From Candidatus Micrarchaeaceae archaeon (lineage in GTDB: Archaea; Micrarchaeota; Micrarchaeia; Micrarchaeales; CABMGC01): a stretch of 26,869 nucleotides of DNA. The notes below the pieces were generated by a model. That model saw nothing but the letters and a program-made list of their open reading frames with translations, ran no database searches and had not been told where the DNA came from. Position numbers and translations under genes: made by a program. This document shows positions 7,485 to 16,131 of this stretch, in pieces. The stretch covers positions 1 to 26,869 of the forward strand of contig JAVZVY010000010.1 of NCBI GenBank assembly GCA_038878295.1, written 5' to 3'. Positions within the stretch are counted from its first letter, which is position 1. Each line of letters starts with the position of its first letter.

Positions 7485-8156
7485 TTACTGCTTTTGGTTC
7501 TTCTTGTTTTTTTCTATCTTCTTGTAAAGGGCATCTATCTCAGCTTCGTTTTGAGTTTTTGTTTGCTGCTGTACGACCTGCGCCTTAGGCTTTATTATGA
7601 ATGCCAAGATAATGATTATTATACCAGCAACAAAAAGAATAAATGACGCAATGCCTGCACTGAAGATCGAAAGCTCAGATGCGCCGCTTAGGGCTTCGTA
7701 GGTATAGTCGAGTTGTATTGTCTTGTTATTAAGATTTTCGTAGATCAGATAATAAGTCCCTGGAGCCATCGAGGATATGGAGGTCTTGTTTGTGGTATTT
7801 AATGCGCTTGCGCTAGGAAATGCACCGCTGGTAGAATTAGGGATTATCTCGATTACGCCATTGCCAAGAAGCTGTTTGGCTTCGGATAATATGCTATGAT
7901 TTGCGACCATGAGATTCTTAAGTGCTGCAAATCCAGATGAGTTCGCAAAATAGAAATTGGTAAGGTTGCTTGAAAGGTAGTCTATAATAAGGGCTGTGCC
8001 TGTGTTGTTTATGGTGATCGGCTCATACGCATAGTCGAATGGCTCTATCGAGATTTTCTCAACGTTTGGAGATATTGCAGACGGCAGTGCAAAGGAGATT
8101 GCAATTCCTAAAACAAAAAGAATTATGCCTATATAAAGTATTTTTTTGTTCATCAT
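7485..8156 (-). CDS. Hypothetical membrane protein (N-terminal signal/TM, extracellular domain, C-terminal TM)
   Basis: Hydrophobic ILYIGIILFVLGIAISFALP and IFSAGIASFILFVAGIIIIILAFII, several NxS/T sequons between them, and a charged tail. Confidence 0.8.
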   Translation of the reverse strand: MMNKKILYIGIILFVLGIAISFALPSAISPNVEKISIEPFDYAYEPITINNTGTALIIDYLSSNLTNFYFANSSGFAALKNLMVANHSILSEAKQLLGNGVIEIIPNSTSGAFPSASALNTTNKTSISSMAPGTYYLIYENLNNKTIQLDYTYEALSGASELSIFSAGIASFILFVAGIIIIILAFIIKPKAQVVQQQTKTQNEAEIDALYKKIEKNKKNQKQ

Positions 8157-8356
8157 AACACGTTATGTTGTTTCAGAAGTGTTTGTCGCTTTAGGTTTAT
8201 ATCTTTTTCTGTAGCTTTATGCAACTGCTTCTTGGCTTTTTATTTTAGGAGTAATAATGTTATATTTTTCTTATGTATTTGTATTTGAATTCATTTTGCT
8301 GTAAACCAGCACGCGGATAAGATGCAAGCATTATGCTTCAAAGTTTTGGTGGTTTT

Positions 8357-8806
8357 GTGGCTGCCGAAAACGTTAAAACTGAGGATAGACGTATAAAGGT
8401 TCTCTTAGCCAAACCAGCAATAGACGGCCATGACAGAGGCATCTACGTCATAGCCAAATCGCTGAGGGATGCAGGCATGGAAGTGCTTTATATGGGGTTG
8501 CTTACCACACCAGAGCAGGTTGTTGACGCCGCTATACAGGAGGATGTAGATGTAATAGGGCTTAGTCTGCTCAACAATGCATATATGGAAGCATTTGGCA
8601 GGGTTGCAAAGCTTCTTAAGGACAGAGGCGCCAAAGACATAGCCGTAGTCGGAGGAGGCATAATACTTCCTGAAGACAAGCCAAAGCTCGAAGCGATGGG
8701 CATCACAGGCAATTTTGGACCTGGAACGCCGATGAGCGTCATAATCGACCACATTAGGAAAAGGGGCGAAGAAGCCGTAAGGCTTAAAAACATGGCGAGA
8801 AGTTGA
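8357..8806 (+). CDS. Cobalamin-binding subunit of an acyl-CoA mutase (methylmalonyl-CoA mutase small-subunit-like)
   Basis: LAKPAIDGHDRG (DxHxxG), LRDAGMEV, AAIQEDVDVIGLSL, VGGGII and FGPGTP. GTG 8357 follows GGTGG; the ORF track starts at 8333. Confidence 0.93.
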   Translation: MAAENVKTEDRRIKVLLAKPAIDGHDRGIYVIAKSLRDAGMEVLYMGLLTTPEQVVDAAIQEDVDVIGLSLLNNAYMEAFGRVAKLLKDRGAKDIAVVGGGIILPEDKPKLEAMGITGNFGPGTPMSVIIDHIRKRGEEAVRLKNMARS

Positions 8807-9762
8807 GCAGTATTCGCGAGCTTGCTGAATTAGTAAAAGCTGGCAGAGTGGAGGGCATTGCAAGAGCCATCTCTTTCATAGAAGACAGCAAGGATGAGAG
8901 CAGCAAGAACGCGCTGCTAGAGATGCTTCATGGCTCTGCGAAGAACGCATTTATTTTGGGTATAACCGGGCCGCCAGGAGCAGGCAAAAGCACACTGATA
9001 GGAGCAATGGTCGGACCGCTCCAAAAGATGGGATTTAAGGTTGCGGTGCTTGCTGTTGACGCCTCAAGCCCGATAAGTGGAGGCTCAGTCCTTGGAGATA
9101 GAATAAGAATGCAGGAGTCCCTTAGCAAGTATGGCATATATATGCGCAGCATGGCTTCGCGCTGGAGTGTTGGTGGCCTATCGAGCGCAGTCCTTTACGC
9201 TACAGTAATACTTGAGGCTGCTGGATTCGATTTCATCATAGTGGAGACTGTTGGAGCTGGCCAGTCAGATTTCGACATAATGAGCATTGCTGATATAGTA
9301 GCGGTTGTGCTTGCCCCGGCGCTCGGAGACGGCTTGCAGGGCATAAAGGCAGGGCTTATGGAAATAGGTGACATATTTGTAATGAACAAAAGAGATATCC
9401 TGGATAGAATTGGCGCTGCAGCCAGCATTGACGCGCTTAAATCTGCTTTGTATGCTACTGAGCCAAGGCCTGCTTCAAGTGGACTTGAAAAAACGGTTGT
9501 GCAGACAATTGCCACGTCAAGTAATGAAAATGAAAACGGCGTTGGCGAGCTTGTCAAACTTGTAATCGAGCACAAAAAGGCCATAGAAAGCAAAGGAGGC
9601 AACCTGGAGAAGATAAAGCGAACGCTACTTTGGCTTAAGAGGGAAGAGATCGCTGGCAAACTTAATGCCTTGTCTGGCTCCGAAGAGCTTAAGAACATTT
9701 CTGAGAGAGTCGCCAGGAGGGAGCTGACATTAAATGAGGCACTAAAGCGCATAAAGTTGTGA
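8803..9762 (+). CDS. meaB: MeaB/ArgK-family GTPase metallochaperone for B12-dependent mutase
   Basis: GITGPPGAGKST, AVDASS..SGGSVLGDRIRM, ETVGAGQSD, switch III GDGLQGIKAGLMEI and NKRD. Confidence 0.93.
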   Translation: MSSIRELAELVKAGRVEGIARAISFIEDSKDESSKNALLEMLHGSAKNAFILGITGPPGAGKSTLIGAMVGPLQKMGFKVAVLAVDASSPISGGSVLGDRIRMQESLSKYGIYMRSMASRWSVGGLSSAVLYATVILEAAGFDFIIVETVGAGQSDFDIMSIADIVAVVLAPALGDGLQGIKAGLMEIGDIFVMNKRDILDRIGAAASIDALKSALYATEPRPASSGLEKTVVQTIATSSNENENGVGELVKLVIEHKKAIESKGGNLEKIKRTLLWLKREEIAGKLNALSGSEELKNISERVARRELTLNEALKRIKL

Positions 9763-9855
9763 AGCGTGGCTTGCTGCGCCGGATTAGAGAAATACCAAAA
9801 GATAAATAAATGTAACCAGCGTGAATAATAATGGCGTGGCTTTGTCAAACGTGGT

Positions 9856-10593
9856 TTGATGATAAGCAAGATGAAAACCGGAATAGAAGGGCTTGACATG
9901 ATGCTCTATGGCGGCTTGCCGAAGGGCGCGCAAGTAATACTTTCTGGCGGACCTGGCACTGGCAAGACGCTACTTTCGTTTGAATTTCTTTACAGAAATG
10001 CAAAGGCTGGCAACACTTCGATATTTTTCGCACTCGAAGAACCTCCGCTAGAGATAGTAGAAAATGCCAAAAGCGCATTCACAGATTTTACTGATATAGA
10101 CACGTTGATAGAAAACAAGAAGCTAATAATAGATGGCGGAGAACTTATCAACAAGCTAAGCGTTGGCAATACCGATTCGCAGAATTATGAATTTGGAAAG
10201 ATAATTTCTGAGATAGAGGCAATGGTTGCTGCAGAGGGAGCAAACGCAATAGTGATAGATTCGCTTTCTCTTTTCGACATGCTCATCATGGATCCACTCA
10301 TGTTCAGGCGTTCGTCATTGGCGCTTGCGGCTAATCTAAAACGATTAAATGTTACGTCTTTGCTTACAATGGAAATGAACACGCTGGAAAGAAGCAAGCT
10401 TGAATTTAGGCCAGAATTCTTTATATACGATGGGATAATAGCTATGTACCAAAGCGGTGTAGAAGACAAAAGGGTAGCTGCAATAGAAGTCATAAAAATG
10501 CGAGGATCCAACCACAGCTCCGCAACTACGCCATATGAGATAACGCCTTCTGGATTCAGGATCTTTGCTGCTGGCGGAATTGACGAATCATGA
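9856..10593 (+). CDS. Single-domain KaiC-like RecA-superfamily ATPase
   Basis: TGIEGLDMMLYGGLP, Walker A GGPGTGKT, ALEE, Walker B IVIDSL, DGII and IEVIKMRGSNH. Confidence 0.93.
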   Translation: MMISKMKTGIEGLDMMLYGGLPKGAQVILSGGPGTGKTLLSFEFLYRNAKAGNTSIFFALEEPPLEIVENAKSAFTDFTDIDTLIENKKLIIDGGELINKLSVGNTDSQNYEFGKIISEIEAMVAAEGANAIVIDSLSLFDMLIMDPLMFRRSSLALAANLKRLNVTSLLTMEMNTLERSKLEFRPEFFIYDGIIAMYQSGVEDKRVAAIEVIKMRGSNHSSATTPYEITPSGFRIFAAGGIDES

Positions 10594-11660
10594 ATGGTTT
10601 GATGCAGGAGAAAATGCAGAACGATGAAGAAAAAATAGGCAAAATGAAAATTTATATCGCGCTTGTGGCAATTACTATACTAATAGCGCTTCTCTCTTTC
10701 TTAATTGTGCCAAGGGGCACGCCACTTCAGAGATGCATGGGCATAATAATTCTTCAGAATAGGTATTCGTGCATAACCAGCCTGGCGTTGAACAGCAACA
10801 ATTCCTCGCTCTGCACATATTTGCCATCCACCGAAGAAGCTACATGCTATTACGAGCTTGCTACTGAGAGCAATAGCTCTGCGTTATGCTACAAAACCTA
10901 CAATACGAGCGCCGCACTAGGCGATGCCTGCTTCGAGGAGATAGCGAATAAAACTGGTAATTATTCGTTCTGCGAGCCGCTTTCCGGATCTTACAGGGAC
11001 AACTGCATATCTAACGTTGCCATAAAAAATGAAAATGCGACGCTCTGCGGTATGCTGTATAACTCAACAAGCAGTACAATATGCGAATCTGCGATTTACC
11101 TTTACAGAGCTCAAGAGACTTTGAACGGAGCATTTTGCGCAAATGTCACAGACAGCACGAATTCTTCAGTCGTAGGTTCCGTATTGCTCAATGATAAATA
11201 TGCACCGCTGAACAATGCGACGTTTGCAGCTCTTGAGGATTACACTTCAATCGGAACTTTTGGTGTGTCTGCTAGAGACATCTGTAATGCCTTCGTTGCA
11301 ATTGGCACAAGGAACGCTTCCGAATGCGGCTCAATATCGTCAAGCACTGTAAGGACTTTTTGCAATAGTGCGGTCGCTAAAGTTAAGCCAAGCAATAGGA
11401 CCACTATCATATCGCTGAATGCAACGATTTGCGCAAAACTCGGAATGAGCAGCGAGCAGTGCAGCCTTCTATCAGCACTGACGAATGATATAATAGCAAA
11501 AAATGTGAGTGCGTGCAGTACCCTTCCGGAAAGCGCTTCTTATGAATGCTATGTTGTGTTTGCAGTTCAGTACAAGAATACGTCCTACTGCGGATTCATA
11601 AAGAACGCGACAGCCAATAGTGCCTGCATAGAAGATGTATCATTCAATATAACCGGTTGA
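10590..11660 (+). CDS. Membrane-anchored Cys-repeat surface (glyco)protein
   Basis: N-terminal TM helix, 20 Cys, repeated C-x4-A-x8-C units and many NxS/T sequons. Confidence 0.8.
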   Translation: MNGLMQEKMQNDEEKIGKMKIYIALVAITILIALLSFLIVPRGTPLQRCMGIIILQNRYSCITSLALNSNNSSLCTYLPSTEEATCYYELATESNSSALCYKTYNTSAALGDACFEEIANKTGNYSFCEPLSGSYRDNCISNVAIKNENATLCGMLYNSTSSTICESAIYLYRAQETLNGAFCANVTDSTNSSVVGSVLLNDKYAPLNNATFAALEDYTSIGTFGVSARDICNAFVAIGTRNASECGSISSSTVRTFCNSAVAKVKPSNRTTIISLNATICAKLGMSSEQCSLLSALTNDIIAKNVSACSTLPESASYECYVVFAVQYKNTSYCGFIKNATANSACIEDVSFNITG

Positions 11661-11664
11661 TTTT

Positions 11665-13068
11665 TTGCAACGCACATTGATTTCGTGTATAAAACTTTCA
11701 GCCGATCCTAGAGAGAATGTATATTATGCGGTGGCAATAAGTAACAGATACAAAATTTTCAGCGCGTCGAGCGGCTTTTCTGTAGATGTTGGCGATGAGG
11801 TTGAAATAGACAAAAAAAGCCATAGTGTAGCAAGAAAGCTTGGAAAGCTAAGCGATACTGCGAATTACGAGAAATACGCATCGGAAATGGCGAAATCGCG
11901 GATTCACATTCCCAAAAAATCTGGGATAGATGGTCTTGATTCGCTGACTAAAAAAATGCAAGGGAGTATTATGCAAGCTGCCGCGCTGATGCTGACGAAG
12001 ATATTCCTTGCCACGCCGGCTATTGTCCGCTTCCACAATGATTCAGATGGTTCGAGCGGCGCATATGGCATTTACCTTGCGCTTAAGGAATTGCAGAAGA
12101 ATTCGCGTTTCGGAGATGCGCTGCAGGTTTCATGGAGGATGCACAGGGGCGTAAGCTACAGCAGAAGCGATGCGCTCGAGGATATAATGATAATGAATTC
12201 TTATAAGACCCTAGTCAAACCGCTCCTCTTGCTGATAGACTTTGGCACTACTGTGGAAAGCAATGAGGGGATTGAGCTCGCTGGAAAATATTTCGATATA
12301 ATATGGCTTGATCACCATCCAATTGTCAAAGGCTTTGCAAGGGTAGAGCGCTACATAAATCCATGGCTCGTTGGAGGTGATTCGAATTACACAGCAGGCT
12401 TTCTTGCATGTGAGTTTGCGAAAAGTTTCTCGAAAGTCGACATGAGATGCATTGAACGCGCATCTCTTTACGGCGACTATAGTTCATTCTATAGAAAAGA
12501 GGAATGTGGTAGCAAACTCTCAGAGGTCCTTGATATGATAACAAGCGATAAGAGGCTAGCTACATCAAGCGGAGGCACAAACCTCACTCCTGCAGAAATT
12601 GACAACATAGTGACAAACAGGGTTAAGTTTGAAGAATTGCTGAATTTCGCGAAAAACAAGATGGCCGAGCTTCTGGATTTCTCCCTCGAACGAGTCAAGA
12701 AATACAACGCAAGAGACGCTGATATTTATGTGCTTGACTTCGAAAAAGTGCGCGGCGAAGACAGTTCAAGATATCCCTTACCAGGCAGATTTGCTTCAAA
12801 GCTACTAGCAAAGATTAAAGAATTGAACGACAAACCATGCATACTGGTTCTCCATTTTGGGCAGTACATATCGCTCAGATCGAGCCCTGATGCTAAAAAT
12901 ATCGACTTTCTGAATCTTATAGAAGAGATAAAGAAGAATTCCAGCAGTGTAGACAGCGCAGGAGGGCACAGGGGCGCAGTAAGCATAAAAATTAAAGATG
13001 CAGCTGAAAAAAGCAGCGTGATAAAACTTATTATAGAGTATATAGGCTCGACTTACTACCATCCATAA
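11665..13068 (+). CDS. DHH-family phosphoesterase, archaeal RecJ-like (DHH + DHHA1)
   Basis: RFHNDSDGSSG, LLIDFG, WLDHHP, INPWLVGGDSNYTAG, YPLPGR and DHHA1 AGGH. Confidence 0.87.
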   Translation: MQRTLISCIKLSADPRENVYYAVAISNRYKIFSASSGFSVDVGDEVEIDKKSHSVARKLGKLSDTANYEKYASEMAKSRIHIPKKSGIDGLDSLTKKMQGSIMQAAALMLTKIFLATPAIVRFHNDSDGSSGAYGIYLALKELQKNSRFGDALQVSWRMHRGVSYSRSDALEDIMIMNSYKTLVKPLLLLIDFGTTVESNEGIELAGKYFDIIWLDHHPIVKGFARVERYINPWLVGGDSNYTAGFLACEFAKSFSKVDMRCIERASLYGDYSSFYRKEECGSKLSEVLDMITSDKRLATSSGGTNLTPAEIDNIVTNRVKFEELLNFAKNKMAELLDFSLERVKKYNARDADIYVLDFEKVRGEDSSRYPLPGRFASKLLAKIKELNDKPCILVLHFGQYISLRSSPDAKNIDFLNLIEEIKKNSSSVDSAGGHRGAVSIKIKDAAEKSSVIKLIIEYIGSTYYHP

Positions 13069-13406
13069 GGCTTTGGATGCCTTATTTCAGGCGGGTTGAA
13101 GGCGTAGTTGTAGAGTTTCTCAGCATAATCGACTTCCTCGTCATGCGTCTCTACGACTTTCACACCCTCTTTGTTGAGCATTTCTATTATTTTATCTAGG
13201 CTTATTTTAGGCTTGTTGTTTGCCGCGCCTTCCGGATTATAGTATATTTCTATTCTTGACTTTACGTAAGAGACTTTAGCTTTTAGTATGGGATCGTTTA
13301 GAAGCAGCCTATACTGCAGCCTCGCAGAATGCGGCAGGTCTATCAGCGTCGACTTCTCGACTTTGATTACCGCGTACCTTATTTTGGAATATGGCGGCGT
13401 GAACAT
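13056..13406 (-). CDS. Small hypothetical protein, possibly HMA/ferredoxin-like fold without CxxC
   Basis: The pattern ARLQYRLL...ILKAKVSY...IEIYYNP...ISLDKIIEMLNKEG resembles HMA domains. It lies 5 bp downstream of tes. Confidence 0.65.
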   Translation of the reverse strand: MFTPPYSKIRYAVIKVEKSTLIDLPHSARLQYRLLLNDPILKAKVSYVKSRIEIYYNPEGAANNKPKISLDKIIEMLNKEGVKVVETHDEEVDYAEKLYNYAFNPPEIRHPKPYGW

Positions 13407-13411
13407 CTAAC

Positions 13412-15181
13412 CTAACCTTTTGCAAAAAAGTCTTTCATCTGCACATACGTCTTGATGTATTCAGGCGAGGCTTCGAGCTTCTTCACATCCCTCACGTACT
13501 TGTCTCCCCTGTAGCTCCATTCTGGGTGCATCTTCTGCCATTCATCTTTCGATATGCTGTATTGCCTCTGTATTTTGTCCCTATATACCTCTGGGAAGAC
13601 GTTGAACGTGCAGAAAGGAAGAACCTCCCCGTTAGGCATTGCGTAGTGTATGTCGCATTTTTCTACTCTTGCTATATCGTATGTGTATTCGTCTTGGAAG
13701 TGCATCATTCCCAAGAAGAGCGACTTTACGTGGAATTTGCCCAACGAGGCAAAGTCGTGGTTTATCAATATGGCGCTAAGCAGCTTTATAAAGTTGAGGT
13801 TCTTCGGCATTTTCTCCTTGTCAACGAATTTGCTTATAGATGCGACGGCCTTGAGCGCTATAAGCTTTCTCATGGTCTTGCTCTTTCCCTGCATTCTGTC
13901 GGCAGCATCCATCAAATGCTTCAGGAGACCATTCACGTCTACGAACCTTGGCAGTGGTATGACTTTGTTGTTCTCATCAAGAAACACGTATGTTCCTGCA
14001 CCACAAGCAAAATGTATGGATAGACTGTATTGGAAATTGCCAGTGAGCGCTTCCACAAACTTGCTTATGCCGCCCATGTATGGCACAGAGAACCAGTCTT
14101 CTTTCTTTATCGCTCCGCCGGTCTGTTCTTCTATGAGCTTTATCGCGCCTGGTATGGTTATTCTCTGCTTTTCCCTTTGGCCTTTAGGCATTCTTCCAAC
14201 AAGCGAAACCGGCTGGAAGTTGACAGCTCTTACTATATCTATGTTGTTTATGGCGAAGTTTATCAGCTTGCCGAGCTCCTGGTCGTTGACGCCCCTTATT
14301 ACGGTTGGAACGAAAACGACGCCTATTCCGGCCTTTCTTGCTGCGTTGAGCACCGAAGGGATTTCCCAATGGTTCTTAGGATTTGCCCTTTTTGAAACGC
14401 CGTCGCAACTCATATAGAGCGTGCTTAAGCCGGCTTCGCGCAGCTTAACGGCAAGATCGGGATTCATGCCTAGATTTATGCCGGTTGTGTTGAGCTGTAT
14501 CTGGTCGAATCCTGCCTGTTTTGCGTGTCTAACTATCTCGACTATGTCACTTCTCATTGTAGGCTCTCCGCCTGTTATTTGAAGTGCGTTGGCTGGCACC
14601 GGCTTCTGGTTTCTCAGATTTCTGAACATAGCATCGAGCTGCTCCATAGTTGGTTCGTATATGGGCTCGCCCTCCTTTGCATAGAAGAAGCAGTACCAGC
14701 AGCTCAGATGGCATCTATTTGTTACTACAACATTTGCCAAGGCGGTGTGCGAGTGGTGCCTTTCACAAAGTCCGCAGTCGAATGGGCAGTTCTCTCCCTG
14801 CGTTGGATAATTAGGATTTGACATTCCATGCCCATAGTAGTTTGAGCCCTGCATTTTTGTATACATGTCGTAGTCTTCCCAATACTTCTCTATGAAAAGA
14901 CCGTGTTCTGGGCATTGCTTCCTTATCATTACATTGTCTCCGTCTTTGTAAATTGTGCCATCGATTATCAGCTTGCATTCTGGGCATACCGTCTTTGTCT
15001 TACCCAGCACAGGCATTTTGGCTATTTCCTCAAGAGTTCTGTGGTATGGGGCTAGCACTTCTGGAACTGTCTGAGGTTGTTGTGGCTGGGCGTTTTTGAC
15101 GCCTAGTTGTAGCTCGTTCTCGCCTTTGTGAGCTACTTCTCCTATAATGACATTATTATCAAACTGACTTTCCGCTGTCAT
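13412..15181 (-). CDS. tes: Tetraether lipid synthase (Tes / GDGT-MAS, MJ0619-type radical SAM)
   Basis: Rubredoxin-like CPEC...CPEH, auxiliary cluster CPFDCGLC, radical SAM TNRCHLSCWYCF, TGGEPT, VRAVNFQPVS..GR, and C-terminal cluster region HFACG / GMMHFQD / CDIHY / PFCTFN. ATG 15181 chosen because the ORF-track start at 15214 touches the TATA box. Confidence 0.9.
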   Translation of the reverse strand: MTAESQFDNNVIIGEVAHKGENELQLGVKNAQPQQPQTVPEVLAPYHRTLEEIAKMPVLGKTKTVCPECKLIIDGTIYKDGDNVMIRKQCPEHGLFIEKYWEDYDMYTKMQGSNYYGHGMSNPNYPTQGENCPFDCGLCERHHSHTALANVVVTNRCHLSCWYCFFYAKEGEPIYEPTMEQLDAMFRNLRNQKPVPANALQITGGEPTMRSDIVEIVRHAKQAGFDQIQLNTTGINLGMNPDLAVKLREAGLSTLYMSCDGVSKRANPKNHWEIPSVLNAARKAGIGVVFVPTVIRGVNDQELGKLINFAINNIDIVRAVNFQPVSLVGRMPKGQREKQRITIPGAIKLIEEQTGGAIKKEDWFSVPYMGGISKFVEALTGNFQYSLSIHFACGAGTYVFLDENNKVIPLPRFVDVNGLLKHLMDAADRMQGKSKTMRKLIALKAVASISKFVDKEKMPKNLNFIKLLSAILINHDFASLGKFHVKSLFLGMMHFQDEYTYDIARVEKCDIHYAMPNGEVLPFCTFNVFPEVYRDKIQRQYSISKDEWQKMHPEWSYRGDKYVRDVKKLEASPEYIKTYVQMKDFFAKG

Positions 15182-15213
15182 ACACACACTGTAGAGAAAG
15201 GGGCATAACAACA

Positions 15214-15230
15214 TATTTAAATTCTTTCGC
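15214..15230 (-). promoter_or_regulatory. Probable BRE-TATA promoter of tes
   Basis: The minus strand reads GCGAAAGAA-TTTAAATA, about 33 nt upstream of ATG 15181. Confidence 0.6.
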
Positions 15231-15239
15231 TTTTGAAGT

Positions 15240-16121
15240 TTATACTTCTTCTTTTTTTGCAGATTCTGAGATTATGCTCTTTGCCTCATCGTCGGGCTGC
15301 ACAGTTATGCCATGTTCGCTCATTATGTGCAACGGATACGCCACTGACACGTCTCTGATGAACATGATTTCATTTTCAAGGTGCATGCGCTTTGCGATGG
15401 GCATCAGCGAGTTTATTGATATACAGATGCGCTTCAGCAATTCGCGGGCAATGCCAAGTATATATTCGCTTTCTATGAGCCTTGCATCAAGCACCCTTAT
15501 CGCTTCCTGCTCGCCGCGTATGCTCTCATCGCTATCAGAAGCGAAGACTTTGCCTATGCCGCGCATGAATTCTGTTGAAACAGGATAGAAAGTTCTGTAG
15601 AAGGCGAAGCCGAATGTCTTCGCATACGAGTAACGCAGTATAAGATCAGTGGCTATTATTCTGCCATAGTTAAGGTTTATCTTTTCTATATAATCGAACA
15701 CATCAGACACTGCCTTGTTCGGTTTGAATTCTTTGTATTCGCCGAGTCCGGCGAGCATGCTGTTCAGCGCCATTGCGTGCTTGGCATAAATCGCAGACAT
15801 TTTCATAAAGTGGCTTATGTAAGGATCGGCAACGTTCGCATTTCTTGACCATGCGGCAGTTATTTCTGAGAGTCTTTTCTCGCCGTATCTGAAAAGCATA
15901 GATACATATGCCACGTCCTTCATGCTAAATTTCATCTTGTTTGGCAGATAGACGTACTTCTCATCAAAATGGCCGTGTTTCCTTCCGAAAAACACGAAGC
16001 CAACAGCCTTTGCCAGCGCATTTATTGGGTCATTTTTAAGATAACTCAAAGCGTAGCTCTTAAGCCACTTTGGCAAATTGTTCTCTTCTATAAGCGAGTC
16101 TATCGAATATTTGCGCAGCAT
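15240..16121 (-). CDS. Hypothetical protein, possibly a degenerate ferritin-like four-helix bundle
   Basis: Long ORF co-oriented with its neighbours. The helical pattern FRYGE...IYAKHA...DES resembles E / ExxH spacing with substitutions. The fold call is weak. Confidence 0.55.
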   Translation of the reverse strand: MLRKYSIDSLIEENNLPKWLKSYALSYLKNDPINALAKAVGFVFFGRKHGHFDEKYVYLPNKMKFSMKDVAYVSMLFRYGEKRLSEITAAWSRNANVADPYISHFMKMSAIYAKHAMALNSMLAGLGEYKEFKPNKAVSDVFDYIEKINLNYGRIIATDLILRYSYAKTFGFAFYRTFYPVSTEFMRGIGKVFASDSDESIRGEQEAIRVLDARLIESEYILGIARELLKRICISINSLMPIAKRMHLENEIMFIRDVSVAYPLHIMSEHGITVQPDDEAKSIISESAKKEEV

Positions 16122-16131
16122 GTAAATCCGC

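Noticed and set aside
8157..8356. Possible cobalamin riboswitch upstream of the B12-binding gene
   Set aside because: The region is very T-rich, with no B12-box or GC stems; it is consistent with divergent promoters.
9764..9858. CGTGG(C/T)TT occurring three times upstream of the KaiC-like gene
   Set aside because: The motif is short and irregularly spaced, and the last copy doubles as the SD; it is too weak to call.
13650..14417. 255-aa plus-strand ORF (similarly 9195-9899, 5724-6338, 18129-18671 and other shadow ORFs)
   Set aside because: These are antisense to well-supported genes, have Ser/Phe/Leu/Ile-rich shadow composition and show no motifs.
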